In this document: positions 1-13,034 of the stretch, one piece after another | Layout: the number at the start of each line of letters is the position of its first letter | How positions within the stretch are numbered: position 1 is the stretch's first letter | Source: Heterodontus francisci | Taxonomy: Eukaryota | Direction: 5' to 3' | Length of the DNA: 64,000 nucleotides | Assembly: GCF_036365525.1 (NCBI RefSeq) | Contig: NC_090404.1 | Span: 10,478,001-10,542,000, forward strand | Position numbers and translations under genes: made by a program | The notes under the pieces: generated by a model | Database searches by the model: none | The model's input: the letters and a program-made list of their open reading frames with translations, nothing else | What the model was told of the DNA's origin: nothing

Positions 1-364
1 CAAAATGAATGTAACAACTGAGCTTCACATTGAGAACAGAACACATGGGGTCTGAGGTGCTAGCTGTCAGTAAAACTGTAACAAACCAGAGAGGGAGAAC
101 AGGAGCTAAACATAAAGGGAAGAAAACAATTGTGAATAAAGAATAGTTAGTTATTTACACATGAAGTTCAAACAACGATGAAACTCGAAGATACATTTAC
201 ATTATAGCCACGATTATCTCACACATTTCAAACAGAAAAACGGAAATAATGCTTATGATTTTCTCAGCTGCAGATTCAGAACCATAAACTGAAGGCATTT
301 TACTTTTACAGTTCACAGAAATGTTAAAAATGAGGAAAATCCAGGGTGGCCGAAATTCAATCCG

Positions 365-373
365 TCACTTGAC
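365..373 (-). CDS. IGHM: IgM heavy chain TM2 exon (V-K-stop)
   Basis: Minus strand tttacag|GTC AAG TGA, in phase 0 after TM1; completes the KVK cytoplasmic tail of membrane IgM. Confidence 0.9.
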   Translation of the reverse strand, partial: VK

Positions 374-518
374 CTGTAAAAGAGGGATAAAAGAATGAAG
401 TAGAGATTTCAAGGTTCAGGAAATTCATCTCAGAGGTTTTTTCTAATCTATGAAACTTTTCGAGATTTTTTAAACAGCTTCAGACAAATTGAAGTGTGAG
501 TGGATTGAATATTCTCAC

Positions 519-646
519 CTTCACCAGAGTGACGGCAGCACTGTAGAAAATACTCAGGAAGAACAGGATGATGAATGTGGAAGCGGTTGTCCAGATGTTG
601 CCGCTCTCCTCCTCATTGTCTTCAATCCAGATGTGGTCTGAGGAAT
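519..646 (-). CDS. IGHM: IgM heavy chain TM1 exon
   Basis: gtag|AT TCC...GTG AAG|gtgag; encodes (D)SSDHIWIEDNEEESGNIWTTASTFIILFFLSIFYSAAVTLVK, the conserved mIg transmembrane (CART) motif; phase 1 matches the internal CH4 donor at 4971. Confidence 0.95.
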
Positions 647-1239
647 CTACGGGGATGTATAGGAGGAATATGTTTAAATCGTTTATTAATCCTAAATATA
701 AGATTGTCATTTTACATTCGCAGTTCTCTTCCTAAAACTATTATTTTGTTCTTCAATTTAATGTTCAATGCACATCTATTGTTGATTTAATCACGTTCAG
801 CAATCTATCTCTGTTACTAACTACACAGCCGTTCTTCCTTTATGACCCTCGTCCAGGTGTTGGAAAATGTGCTAGTTTTTTTTCCTCAGTGTCAGGCGCT
901 ACTTTATTTTGGATCAATTTCGTTCTATCATTAGGGATTATTATGGTGAGATATTGAGGGAGGTTTACTGATGGATAGCAATTATATTGTAGATCGGTTC
1001 AGATAGCTACTTATTTGGAGATTGTCAATGGTGCTGGGTGAGAGATCGGATGTGAGTTCCAATCTTGTTAGTTTTTTGCGATGAAAGTGGTTGGTAAATC
1101 ATTAATTTATCTCAATTTCTAAGTGCGAACATTGTTTCATTGTGATTGCAGGTCCAGCATTTATTAAGGAAATTGTTGGAGTCGGTGTCTGTTTAAATAG
1201 TGCATTTGAATTCTGCCTCCATCTTTTGTCTGGAGTTAT

Positions 1240-1494
1240 TGTTTGTGCGCTTTAGTGTTTGTGTATGTGTGTATGAGCATCGCTTGCTTTGCATTACCCT
1301 GTGTTTGTGTATCCATGTGTGCGTGTGTGTGAGTGATAATAAGTGTATTTATTTGTTTGTTTGTTTGCGTACCTAAATGTGAGTGTATTACTGCGCTTGT
1401 TTATATGTTGATGGCTGTGTGTACGTGCCGTTGTATGTTAATGTGTGTTAATGTGCCAATGTGCATTGAAATATGTATTCAGGTGACCGCCTGT

Positions 1495-1529
<35 letters not shown>

Positions 1530-1689
1530 ATGAGCGTATTGATATTTGTTTATGTGTGTTTGTGTCCCTATTAGTCTGTTAATCTGTGTTTCTATGCTAA
1601 TGGATGTGTTTATGTTTCCCTGTAAATTAATGTGTTTTCATGTGTCAATGTTCTTAAGCGATGTGTTAATGAGCTTGCTTATGTCTTCT
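1240..1689. repeat. Degenerate (TG)n low-complexity tract, left part
   Basis: TG-rich sequence with a pure (TG)n run near 1496-1526; it resumes at 3270 after the LINE. Confidence 0.8.
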
Positions 1690-3270
1690 TGTGTCCCCAG
1701 GTCCGGATGGGATCTATCCCAGGTTACTGTGGGAAGCGAGGGAGGAAATAGCTGGGGCCTTAACAGATATCTTTGCAGCATCCTTAAACACGGGTGAGGT
1801 CCCGGAGGACTGGAGAATTGCTAATGTTGTCCCCTTGTTTAAGAAGGGTAGCAGGGATAATCCAGGTAATTATAGACCGGTGAGCCTGACGTCAGTGGTA
1901 GGGAAGCTGCTGGAGAAGATACTGAGGGATGGGATCTATTCCCATTTGGAAGAAAATGGGCTTATCAGTGATAGGCAACATGGTTTTGTGCAGGGAAGGT
2001 CTTGTCTTACCAACTTAATAGAATTCTTTGAGGAAGTGACAAAGTTGATTGATGAGGGAAGGGCTGTAGATGTCATATACATGGACTTCAGTAAGGCGTT
2101 TGATAACGTTCCCCATGGTAGATTGATGGAGAAAGTGAAGTCACATGGGGTCCAGGGTGTACTAGCTAGATGGATAAAGAACTGGCTGGGCAACAGGAGA
2201 CAGAGAGTAGCAGTGGAAGGGAGCTTCTCAAAATGGAGTCGTGTGACCAGTGGTGTTCCACAGGGATCCGTGCTGGGACCACTGTTGTTTGTGATATACA
2301 TAAATGATTTGGAGGAAAGTATAGGTGGTCTGATTAGCAAGTTTGCAGACGACACTAAGGTTGGTGGAGTAGCAGATAGTGAAGGGGACTGTCAGAGAAT
2401 ACAGCAGAATATAGATAGATTGGAGAGTTGGGCAGAGAAATGGCAGATGGAGTTCAATCAGGGCAAATGCGAGGTGATGCATTTTGGAAGATCCAATTCA
2501 AGAGTGGACTATACAATAAATGGAAAAGTCCTGGGGAAAATTGATGTACAGAGAGATTTGAGTGTTCAGGTCCATTGTTCCCTGAAGGTGGCAACGCAGG
2601 TCAATAGAGTGGTCAAGAAGGCATACGGCATGCTTTCCTTCATCGGACGGGGTATTGAGTACAAGAGTTGGCAGGTCATGTTACAGTTGTATAAGACTTT
2701 TGTTCAGCCACATTTGGAATACTGCGTGCAGTTCTGGACGCCACATTACCAAAAGGATGTAGATGCTTTGGAGAGGGTGCAGAGGAGGTTCACCAGGATG
2801 TTGCCTGGTATGGAGGGCGCTAGCTATGAAGAGAGGTTGAGTAGAGTAGGATTATTTTCATTAGAAAGACGGAGGTTGAGGGGGGTCCTGATTGAGGTGT
2901 ACAAAATCATGAGAGGTATAGACAGGGTGGATAGCAAGAAGCTTTTTCCCAGAGTGGGGGATTCAATTACTAGGGGTCACGAGTTCAAAGTGAGAGGGGA
3001 AAAGTTTAGGGGGGATATGCTTGGAAAGTTCTTTATGCAGAGGGTGGTGGGTGCCTGGAACACGTTGCCAGTGAAGGTGGTAGACGCGGGCACGATAGCG
3101 TCTTTTAAGATGTATCTAGACAGATACATGAATGGGCAGGAAGCAAAGAGATACAGACCCTGAGTAAATAGGCGACAGGTTTAGATAGAGGATCTGGATC
3201 GGCGCAGGCTTGGAGGGCCGAAGGGCCTGTTCCTGTGCTGTAATTTTCTTTGTTCTTTTTTGTTCTTTCT
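1690..3270 (+). mobile_element. 5'-truncated CR1-type LINE with uninterrupted RT C-terminal ORF
   Basis: 490-aa ORF: SPGPDG..., GVPQGSVLGPLLF, KFADD, HLEYCVQFW..., VVGAWN; 3' tail of TTCTTTG-type repeats; lies in the CH4-TM1 intron, antisense to Cmu. Confidence 0.95.
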
Positions 3271-3745
3271 TTGTCCCCAAAAGTGCGACATTGTGTGTGT
3301 TTATATGTTGTTGTCTACATTTATGTATTAATGCATGTGTTAATGTGTGATTATGCGTACATGTATGTTGATGAATGTGTTTATGTGAGTGTGTGTCTAT
3401 CCATATGTGTGCTTCAGTATATTAATGTTGGTGTTTATTTGTGTGTGAGTGAATGTGTTAATGTGTCTATTTATCTAAGTGTTTGTGTATACTTGTATGA
3501 CTCTGTTAACGTGCGAGTATGTGCATCCCTGTATGTGTGTTAATGTGTATTCTAGTGTGTGCTTTTATGTCAAGGTTCTGTGTAGGTGAGACTGTACTAA
3601 GGTGAGTGTTTATGTTTGTGTTTGTGTGTTTGACTGTGGGAGCATTTGTATCAGCGTTTGGGTCTGTTCGTGTGTGTAAGTGTATATATGTGGTTGTGTT
3701 TGTGAGTGTGTTTATGTGTGTGCTTGTGTCCGTGTGCCTGTGCAT
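3271..3745. repeat. Degenerate (TG)n low-complexity tract, right part
   Basis: TG-rich sequence continuing the tract split by the LINE. Confidence 0.8.
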
Positions 3746-4864
3746 TTTTGTTATTTTTCAAAATTCCACAGAGAACCAATAACCGGGTCTGGCCTTGACA
3801 GTGTGCATTGTAGAGAATATTCTTCACTGCTCTGTGTATAAATATATTCATTGCGAGATGCAAGAGAACATCAGCTGAATGCACGCAGCAATGCAACTGC
3901 TGGGCTTCAGCAACATCAGGAACACAGCGAGAAAAAAAACAGGTGAGGATTCCATCGCCAGTTAGATTTGGACTATTAGAATTCAATCTGTTCGAATAAG
4001 ATTAACAGATTAAAGTTTAAAGATATTATGTTGTATACATATACTTTACAATATGATTTCCATGTGGAAAGCTTAAAATCTATGCACAGTGAGCTTGAAA
4101 CCGGCGTTCCACTAACGGCAACTGATGGTTCAGATAACAGAGAGCAGTTACCTTCCAATCTTTCTGTAGGAGGAGTGGGAGTATAGTGGATTGACATATA
4201 TCCTTGTTCCTTTCTCTGATGGAGAAATTGCGGGGAGGGGCTGCAGTCGGTTCATAACTGCCTTTGCCCTCTCTCTATTGGAAGAAGTGGAGTTATAATG
4301 GATTAACAATTGTCCTTTTCCTGTCTCTGTTTAGGAATTTGGGGTGCAGTGGGTTAATAAATTGTCTTTTACCCTCTTCCTGGTGGGGGATTTTGGATAG
4401 AGTTGATATTCGTATGTGGCCCTGACTTCAGTTCCTAGTGGGTGCGATGGGGCAACTTAAAACTGACTCCAATCCTGAAGGGATGGACAACACGAGAAGC
4501 AGGAACAATAAGATCGAAATGCGTTACGTGTGTTTGTTGCGAAAGGGAAAATTTCAGATTCCGCATCCGCCCCCGCCCCCACACCCCCCCCACCCCCCCC
4601 CCCCCCCCCCTCACCCGCACCCCCTCCCCCCGCCAACAACAACAGTAGGAAAGTTGCTAAAGTTACTCTACGGAATCCTGTAATAATCCGCTTTCTTCTG
4701 TCACTGACCTGTGGTGTATCTAAGCTGGGAACACTGGTTCTACACGACGTGAACGCGCAATCTGCAAATATCGTACTTTAATGAATAGACTTACCCTTAG
4801 CAAATGTGGGAAACAAAATTAATTGCGCGGTTGTGTATTTAAATCGCGATTGCAAGAAAAGGTC

Positions 4865-4880
4865 TTTATTGGTTTTTATT
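4865..4880 (-). promoter_or_regulatory. Tandem polyadenylation signals for secretory mu mRNA
   Basis: Two TTTATT on + (4865-4870, 4875-4880) = AATAAA on minus, about 30-45 nt after the secretory-tail stop codon. Confidence 0.75.
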
Positions 4881-4908
4881 TAAGATCTGAAATGCAATCG
4901 AGAAATTC

Positions 4909-5300
4909 TCATTGACATGAATTGACAGTGTCCAACAGTGCAAGGGAAATGTTCACAAAACTGGGTTTACCGCTGGATTTATTAACTGTTCTGTTGATGA
5001 TCTTCAAGGGGATCGCTTCATGTCCCACCACACAGGAGTAAGAAGCACCGCTGGCCCACTCCTCCGCTGCAATGGATAACAGGCTGTAGATGAAGAAGGA
5101 GCTGTTGTCGTTCGCCGTCATCACCTCGGTGTTCTTGTAGTTTCCGGGATTCACCGACTTGTCATTGACGGTCCACTTGACGAAGATCTCTCGGGGAGAG
5201 AAACCTCTCACTAAGCAGGTGAGGGAGAGGAACCTCTGAGCGGAGACATCTTCTGCCGGGGGCAGGAGGACAGACACGGACGGTTCCCGCAGATCTTTAA
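4909..5300 (-). CDS. IGHM: IgM CH4 exon plus secretory tailpiece
   Basis: ttttctacag|TT AAA GAT; (V)[14 protein letters not shown]...[17 protein letters not shown]...[11 protein letters not shown]...[24 protein letters not shown]. Tailpiece has an N-glycan site and penultimate Cys; internal donor G|GTAAA at 4971/4970 allows TM splicing. Confidence 0.97.
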
Positions 5301-5795
5301 CTGTAGAAAAATTTAAATAAATGTCAATAAACTGGAGAATTCCAGAGACAATGAACCCGGTGGTTCGATTTGAGAGGAATGGGCTTTGTGCTGAATTTAA
5401 GCTTTTCCTTTTCCACTCTGGGGCCTGTTCTGTTTTCCAGCCCGGAGCAGAGGCGGATACAATCCTTCTCACTGAGAAGCTAAAGGCTTAGGCTGGAAAA
5501 TTACATAGAATTTACAGCACAGGAACAGGCCATTCGGTCCAACTAGCCTGCACTAGTTTATGCTGCACACGAACCTCCTCCCACATTACTTCATCTCCTT
5601 CTATTCCTTTCTTCCTCATCTACATATCCTGCTTCCCCTTAAATGCATCACCTATGGTTCGAGAGGATTTCGCTCATGAATTACGATTCAATTATCAGCA
5701 TAATTCATTAGACCACTTAATCGGACGAATTTTCCCTTCCCAAATACAGGAAATAGGCAAAACCTCTCTGTTATTGCTTCAATCTCACCGCTCAC

Positions 5796-6104
5796 CTTCT
5801 TCCTTATGGATGGAATCTCTGAGAGGAGTCGACAGATCCTGATGGCTCACCATGCAGTAGAACTCAGCCCCACTCAGCCAGGATTGTGTCGAGATGTTTA
5901 CGGTGCTGATCACACTGTCGGGATCCTCTCCGGGTTGGACGGCAATCTCTGATTTCAAAGGCTTCTTTTCTTGGGTCCAGGACACGTTGACTCCATAAGG
6001 AGCATTAGACACGACGCAGGTTAAGGTCACCGTCGCCTCCAGTAAGACCTGTTCTATTAATGGTTGTAGCAGAGTAATCACGGGATCTGAGCATGAAGGA
6101 TCAA
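5796..6104 (-). CDS. IGHM: IgM CH3 exon
   Basis: tttcacag|...G|gtgag, 309 nt, phase 1-1; (V)[12 protein letters not shown]...[16 protein letters not shown]...[22 protein letters not shown], a C1-set Ig domain. Confidence 0.96.
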
Positions 6105-6389
6105 CTGTGAAACAGAAATGAGAGTCAACCAAAGCTTCTTTTTCAGAATCAGGACACCAGTATTCAGCCTTCAATCTCTCAAGGAGAATATATCACCTTT
6201 AAGATATCAGCCCCTCTCTGTTGCGTAATCGCCATCGTTATTTGAAGGACAACGACTAATCAATCATTCTGGGAGACTCTTTCACATTTTCTGTCTATTT
6301 TCACACAGGGCTCCTGATAATGACTGTGAAGTAACTTTCTGGCATAATAATTTGAATAAATTGGAGTTCAGTTGTCTTACACACTAAAT

Positions 6390-9300
6390 CATCCAGATCA
6401 TGACACCATAGAATAGTGACAGCAGAGAAGGAGGTCATTCGGCCCTGCATATCAGTGCCAGCTCTCTGCACGAGCAACACATCTTGTCGCACTCCCTTGC
6501 GCTTTCTCCGTAGTTCTGCATTTTTTTCTCTTTAGATAATTATCTAATTCTGTTTTAAAAGCCAGATTGAACCTGTCACCACCGCACTCTCAGGCACAGC
6601 ATTCCATACCCCAACCACTTGCTGAACAAAAACCTTTCCCTCATGTCGCCTTTGGTTCTTTTGCCATTCACGCTCAATCGGTGTCCTCTTGTTCTCGATC
6701 CTTTCGCCAATGGGAACAGTTTCTCCCTATCTACTCTGACTAGACCCCTCATGATGTTGAACACCGCCATCAAATCTTCTCTCAAACTTCCTTTCTTTCA
6801 GAATCACAGAATCGTTACAGCGCAGACGGAGGCCATTCGGCCCATCGCGTCCGCACCTGCTCCCGGAAAGGGCAACTCCCTCAGTTCCATTCCCCCGCCT
6901 TCTCCCCATAACCCTGCACATTCTTCCTTTTCATGTAACTGTCTAATTCCCTTCTGAATGCTTCAGTTGAACCACATTCTCAAGCAGCGCATTCAGGCCT
7001 TAACCACTCGCGGTGTGAAAAAGTTTTTCCTCATGTCACTTCTGCTTCTCTTACCAAATACTTTAAATTTGTGCCCTCGCGTTCTCAATCCTTTCACAGT
7101 GGGAACTGTTTCTCTCTATCTACTCTGTCCAGCCCCCTCATAATTTTGAATAGCTCTATCAAATCACCTCTCAGCCTTCCCTTCTCCAAGAAAGACAGTT
7201 CTAACTTCTTCAATTTGGTTCATACTGAAATTCCTCATCCCTGGAACCATTCTTGCGAATCTTTTCTGTAATCTCTCCAGTGGCCTCACGTCTTTCTTCA
7301 AGTGCGGTGCCCAGAATTGGACACAATACTCCAGGTGAGGTCGAACTAGTGTCTTATACAAGGTCAAAATAACTTCCTTGTTCTTGTACTCTATGCCCCT
7401 ATTAATAAAGTCCAGGATATTGTATGCTTTGTTAACTGTTCTATGAACCTGTGTTGCCACCTTCAATGACTTATGCACGTATACACCCAGGTCCCTCTGC
7501 TCCTGCACCCCCTTTAGAATTGTACCCTTTATTCTATATTGTCTCTCCATGTTCTTTGTACCAAAGTGAAGCAATTCACATTTCTCTGCATTGAACTTCA
7601 TCTGCCACCTGTTTGCCCATTCCAGCAAATTGTCTCCAGGGAGAACAGCCCCAGCTTCTCCAATCTATCCACATAACTGAAGTCCTTCATCCTTGGAACC
7701 ACTCTCATAACTTTTCTACACCTTGTCTAATGTCTTCACCTCTTTCTTAAAGTGTGGTGCCCAGTACTGGCACAATACTCCAGTTGAGGCCGAACCAGTG
7801 TCTTACAAAGGTTCACCATAGCTTCCTTGCTTTTGTACTTTATACCTCTATTTAAAAAGCCCAGGATCCTGTCTGACTTATTAATTACTTTCTCAACCTG
7901 TCCCTGTCACCTTTAGCAATTTTTGCACATATACACCACCGATCACTCCTGCATCATCTTTAGTATTGTATCCTTTATTTTATGTTGTCCTGCCTCGTTC
8001 TTCTTACCAAAACGTATCATTTCGTACTTCTCTGCGTTAAATTTCACTTGTCACGTGCCTGCCCATCCCACCAGGCTGCCTCTGTCCTCTTCAAATCTAT
8101 CATTATCCTTCTCACAATTCACAATCCGTCCAAGTTTTCTGGCATCCAAAAATTTTGAAATTGTGCTCTGTAAACCCAAAGTCTAGCTCATTTATACTGA
8201 GCATTTATGCTTATCTATCGATTCTTGTGCCCAATGCATCTCTGTTGATTATAACAGGTCCTTCGCTTCTGTCAAGCGCTCTGCAAGCAAATTACGCTGG
8301 TTCAAAACATGTGCCAAATTAAATCCAGAATTTTTGTGACGATGAAAATGTATAGGAATCAGTCGCAGCCTCATACGAACATACAAACATACGAATTAGG
8401 CGCAGGTGTCGGCTACTCGCCCCTCAAGCCTGCTCCGCCATTCAGTAACATTATGGCTGATCTGAATGTAACCTCAACTTCACATTCCCGCCTACCTCCG
8501 ATAATCTTCCACCCCCTTGCTTATCAAGAATCTATCTACTTCTTCCTTTAAAATATTTTGAAAAACTCTGCTTCCGCTACCTTTTGAGGAAGAGAGTTCC
8601 AATGATTCACTACCCTCTGAGAGAAAAACATTCTCCTCATCTATGTCTTAATTGGGCGACTCCTTGTTTTTAAACAGTTTTACCTAGTTCTAAATTCTCC
8701 CACAAGGGAAAACACCCTTTCCACATCCACCCTGTCAAGACCCCTCATAATCTTATATGTTTGAATCAAGTCGCCTCTTACTCTTCTAAACTCCAGTGGA
8801 TACAAGCATAGCCTGTCCAGCCTTTTCTCATAAGATCACCCACCGAGTCCAGGTATTAGTCGAGTAAACCTTCTCTGAAATGCTTCCAACGCATTTACAT
8901 CTTTCCCTAAATAAGGAGGACAGTACTGTACACAGTACTCCAGATGTGGTCACACCAGTGCCCTGGATAGCTGAAGCATAACCTCCCTACTTTTGCATTC
9001 AATTTCCTTCGCAATAAATGATAACATTCTATCAGCTTTCCTAATTACGTGCTGTACCTGCATACTAACCTTTTGTGATTCATGCACTAGGACACCCAGA
9101 TCCCTCTGCATCTCAGAGCTCTGCAATCTCCCACCATTTAGATACAATGCATCTTGCCCCCGCGCTGATCGCTGTGGCCTCCACTCGTTACATCTTGCCA
9201 ACCATAAAATTACCCATTTATGCCTCCTGTTTGTTTCCTGTTTGCTAGCCAACCGGTTCGCCTTTACCCATAGTCCCGCTATCCTCAGTCAGAGGAGAAG

Positions 9301-9900
9301 TGAAAGGTGGGGAAAATGGAGTTCCAAGGAGTCTTTTGTGGTGTGGAATAGTTTGTAACGGCGGTGTGAGGGAGCTTGCTAAATCTGTCATTAGTGATCA
9401 TTTCTCGTGTGCCAGGCTGGTGAGAGGGACTCAGAAGGAGATATGACCGCAGGGCACTAATAGGGAAATAGGAACAGGAGGAGGCCATTCTGCCCTTCGA
9501 GCCAGTCTCGCCCATAAATTAGACCATGTGTAATCTGTATGTTAACTCCAATTATCCTCCTGCGTTCTGTAATCCTTGATACCCTTGCCAAATTCAAATC
9601 GATAAATCTCATTGTTAAAAATTTCTGGAAGTCCAACCTCAACATTTTTTGGGAATAAAGTTCCAAATTTCCACTGCTCTTTGTATGAAGATATCTTACC
9701 TGACATCATCCCTGAACAGCTTTACTGTAATTTTAAGGTTACAGACTTATGTTCCAGACTTGCTCTATAGAGGAACTATTTACTCTCCACCTATGGTATC
9801 AATTCCTTTAATCAACTTAAACACATCCATTAGACCACCCCTTAATCTTCGATGCTGAAAAGAATGCAAGCCCAGCCTGTGCAACCTGTTCTCAGCGCTG
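6390..9900 (-). mobile_element. Stack of decayed/nested CR1-type LINE fragments in the CH2-CH3 intron
   Basis: Minus-strand ORF fragments with WQMKFNAEKC, RPHLEYCVQFW and QRDLGV motifs (7164-7628, 8950-9252, 6576-6785); boundaries approximate. Confidence 0.8.
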
Positions 9901-10510
9901 CTCAAACTGAACACAGACATCAAAAATAAGGTATTTGCTGGCAGTGGGGTCCTGGACAATTACCAGTTAAGGTTTGCAGATACCTGTTGTCACTCCGAAT
10001 ATGATCAGCCATTTTAGGGTAAAAGTGAGGCCAATTACTCCTCAATCACTGTTCAACATTCGAACAAATGGGCATCTTATTTTGTGAGGATATGGAATAC
10101 GGAACCTGAGGAATACTTCTTCAGAAGGAATGGGAGTTTTTCTGTTTCCTGGTCAACACATATTCCTCAAAAAACATAACGAAACTAAAAATAAAATCTG
10201 GTCAGTATCATGTTGCTGTTTCTGGGAGCTTGATGTGCAGTGACTGGCTGCAGAATTTTGTACATTACGAAAGTGATTACATTTCAAAAGTATTCCAATG
10301 GTTGTCGAGTGCTTTGGGACAATGTGAGGTCGCAAAAGGCGCTGAATAAAGGAAAGTCCTTTTTTTGCTTTTCCATTGGAATGAAACACAAACAGCATTA
10401 TTGGAAAATAGAAATAATTCTGGGCTCTATAATAATTCTAAGGAAATTCTTAACTATGTTAAGATTGGCTTTCAGAATGACCTGGAACTTCCCAGGGTAG
10501 TGTCTCTTAC

Positions 10511-10822
10511 CAGGAGATCCGGTGATGTTTCGACTTTGGGTGATCCTTTTATGAGAGACCTGGCAGGTATAGACCGTGTTGGTGAACCATTCCCCAGCGG
10601 GGACTGTCAGCCGACTGGTCGCTGAGAAGTTCCCGTTCACTTCACAGGTGGGAGAGGTGACGAAGCCCGATTCCATGGGTTGTCCATCCTTCAACCAACT
10701 CACGGTTATTGACTCTGGGCGGAAATCGATGATTGAACACATGACAGTTGCAAATTTGCTGCTTGTGATTTCTTCCCTGGAAGTCTCGGTGAGGATAACA
10801 GTTGGATGATGTACCACAGCAT
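10511..10822 (-). CDS. IGHM: IgM CH2 exon
   Basis: tcctgtag|...G|gtaag, 312 nt, phase 1-1; (D)[11 protein letters not shown]...[22 protein letters not shown]...[20 protein letters not shown]. Confidence 0.96.
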
Positions 10823-11410
10823 CTACAGGAAAATACGTATCATTGGGATTTCACTTTGTTGAAATTCAAACAATTGACAACTGTGGAGCGTTTTACATAG
10901 GATCTACAAAACGGAAGCAGACCATTCGGTGCTGGGGTTTCGGCTCCACACGAACATCCTCTCACCCTATTTCATCACGCCATATCAAAATAACCTTCCA
11001 TTCCTTTTGCCTCATGTAATTATACAGCTTCCCCTTAAAGGCCTCAACAATGGTAGGTTCCATATTCTAGTCACTCTCTGGGTAAAGACGTTCCTGTTGA
11101 ATTCCCTATTGGTTTTTAAGTGATTGTGTTATATACATGACCTATCAATCTGCTTCATAATTTTAAAGAGCTCTCTTCAATCACATCGCAGCCTTCTTTT
11201 TGTACAGAAAAGACGACCAGCCTACTCAATCTTTCTTGACAGTTATAACTTCTCAGTTCTGGTCTTGTTCTTGTAAATCAAATGTAAATAGATTTTCCTC
11301 CTTCCCCAGTGCCCCTGTATCATTCTCGTAATATGGCGGCCAGAACTGAATACAGTGCTCTGAGCGTGGCATGGAGAGCAGAACAGTATGCAATACACTA
11401 AACGTGATAT

Positions 11411-12559
11411 TGTCACAAAAGGTTTTATTTTTGTACTAAAATCTTGGACTTATATGCGTTTCAAAAAAAAAACAAAAACTGTAAAAGGATGTTGCTCAGT
11501 GAAAGACACCAGCAAAAATAATTGGAATTACAGCAATGCTTTGAAGGGACGTTCAAAACAAAGAGTTGAACTTTATGGGTGTTTTGAAGGAATCTTAAAT
11601 TTGTAAAAGGACAGGAAGATCAGTAGTTTCAGGGGAAAAAACAGGGGTTTGATCTTGCTTCAGAGCAGCTTGAGTGACAAGAGGGAGACACTGTGTCTGG
11701 ACATGTGACATGTTCAGCCAGGTTTCTTTTTTCACTTTGGACACTTTAAAAGCCTGCGAATTGAACAAAGAGCAGGCATTTAAAATCTTTGCTTGACCTG
11801 CCTAGAGCCAGAGACACAAGACCCAGAAAGGTGTTACCTCTCCTGTAAAAGAGACTGGCATCTCTTGAAAAGGAATTTGGCATTTCAAAGGTAGCAGATT
11901 CCTGTTGCCTCCGGTCTCTGAAGAATTTCTGCATCCAGCGAGATTCCTTTTGCCTCCTGTGTTCTAAGAAAATCCTGAAATCTGAAAAATTCTTCTACTG
12001 CTAGACTGCTGCTTCAAACCCCAAACAGACTTGTTGTGACACCCCTGATGGAAGACAGATGTGATGCCTGCAGCAGCTAAATTGCCGTGAACACAGATTG
12101 CTCATCAACCTCGCCTGGAGAGACTTCGAGTGGCATCCAACTATTCGACTCTGGGACATCTTACCGTACCGAGAACATCTTACCAGAACGTGAACCTCAG
12201 TTTTTTTTTATTATTCCTTCTATTCCTAAGGATCAGTTATAATCAAAAAATCCCTTTTGAAACCAGTTAACCATTTCTTTTTGAATGTATGTGTGTGTGC
12301 ATGAGGGTTAAGGGAATAAGGGCTTTTTCATGCATAGATTTATCTCGTTAGTAGTTAAGACCTGTTATTTCTTTTCTAATAAATAGTTAATGTTGTTATT
12401 GTTTAAAGAAACCCGGTTTGGTGCCTTATTCTGGGAGAAAAATAAAGTATTTAATTTAGTTAGGCTTCAGTCGGTGGAAAACTTCATTTGATATGCTATG
12501 ACCTGCGGAGTAGTGGGACTGAATTAACAGTGCATTACTCCTGCCCATTGGGCGTTACA
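11411..12559. mobile_element. Solo LTR (probably gypsy-like) with 4-bp target-site duplication
   Basis: Starts TGTCAC, ends GTTACA (imperfect inverted termini), flanked by ATAT on both sides (11407-11410, 12560-12563); AATAAA motifs on + near 12378 and 12441. Confidence 0.7.
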
Positions 12560-12737
12560 ATATGAAGACCAGAAGTATGCTCAGTACGCTAAATGTGATA
12601 TGAGGACCTGAATTACACAGAATAGTCGAAGACTTATTTAACCAAATATCTCTGCAATTTGAACATGAATTCTCTGCTTATCACAGATCCCCTTTCACCA
12701 TGGCTCAACGCAGACCCCTCTGTCCCACAACACTAAC

Positions 12738-13034
12738 CTGGCATTTCCTTGATCCAGACCGACTCTCTGCGTCGAATCTCGCAGTAGATTTTGCTGCTTC
12801 CTACCTCTGACTCGGTGATGGTTAACTGGCTGCTCAAGGTGTAGGTTCCCTTCTTGGTCAGCACTGACGGGTAAGTCTTCAATCCAATGGTGATCGGCTC
12901 TTTATCTTTCTTCCAGGAAACCCTGGTGATTTCGGGGGTGTAGTCCATCGCCAAACAGCCATAGGCCACAGAGCCATCGGTACTGGGTTGTTCACAGGAG
13001 AGCAGGCCGTAGAGGGCGGGGGGAGACGGTTTTG
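12738..13034 (-). CDS. IGHM: IgM CH1 exon
   Basis: ttctttcccag|CA AAA...CCA G|gttag, 297 nt, open: (A)[42 protein letters not shown]...[18 protein letters not shown]; keeps the N-terminal Cys expected to bond to light chain. Confidence 0.96.

Noticed and set aside
1333-3745. Cys/Val-rich short ORFs and antisense ORFs over the LINE
   Set aside because: Products of TG-repeat sequence and the LINE's antisense strand.
4435-4781. Pro-rich/Gly-rich short ORFs
   Set aside because: Translations of the poly-C tract.
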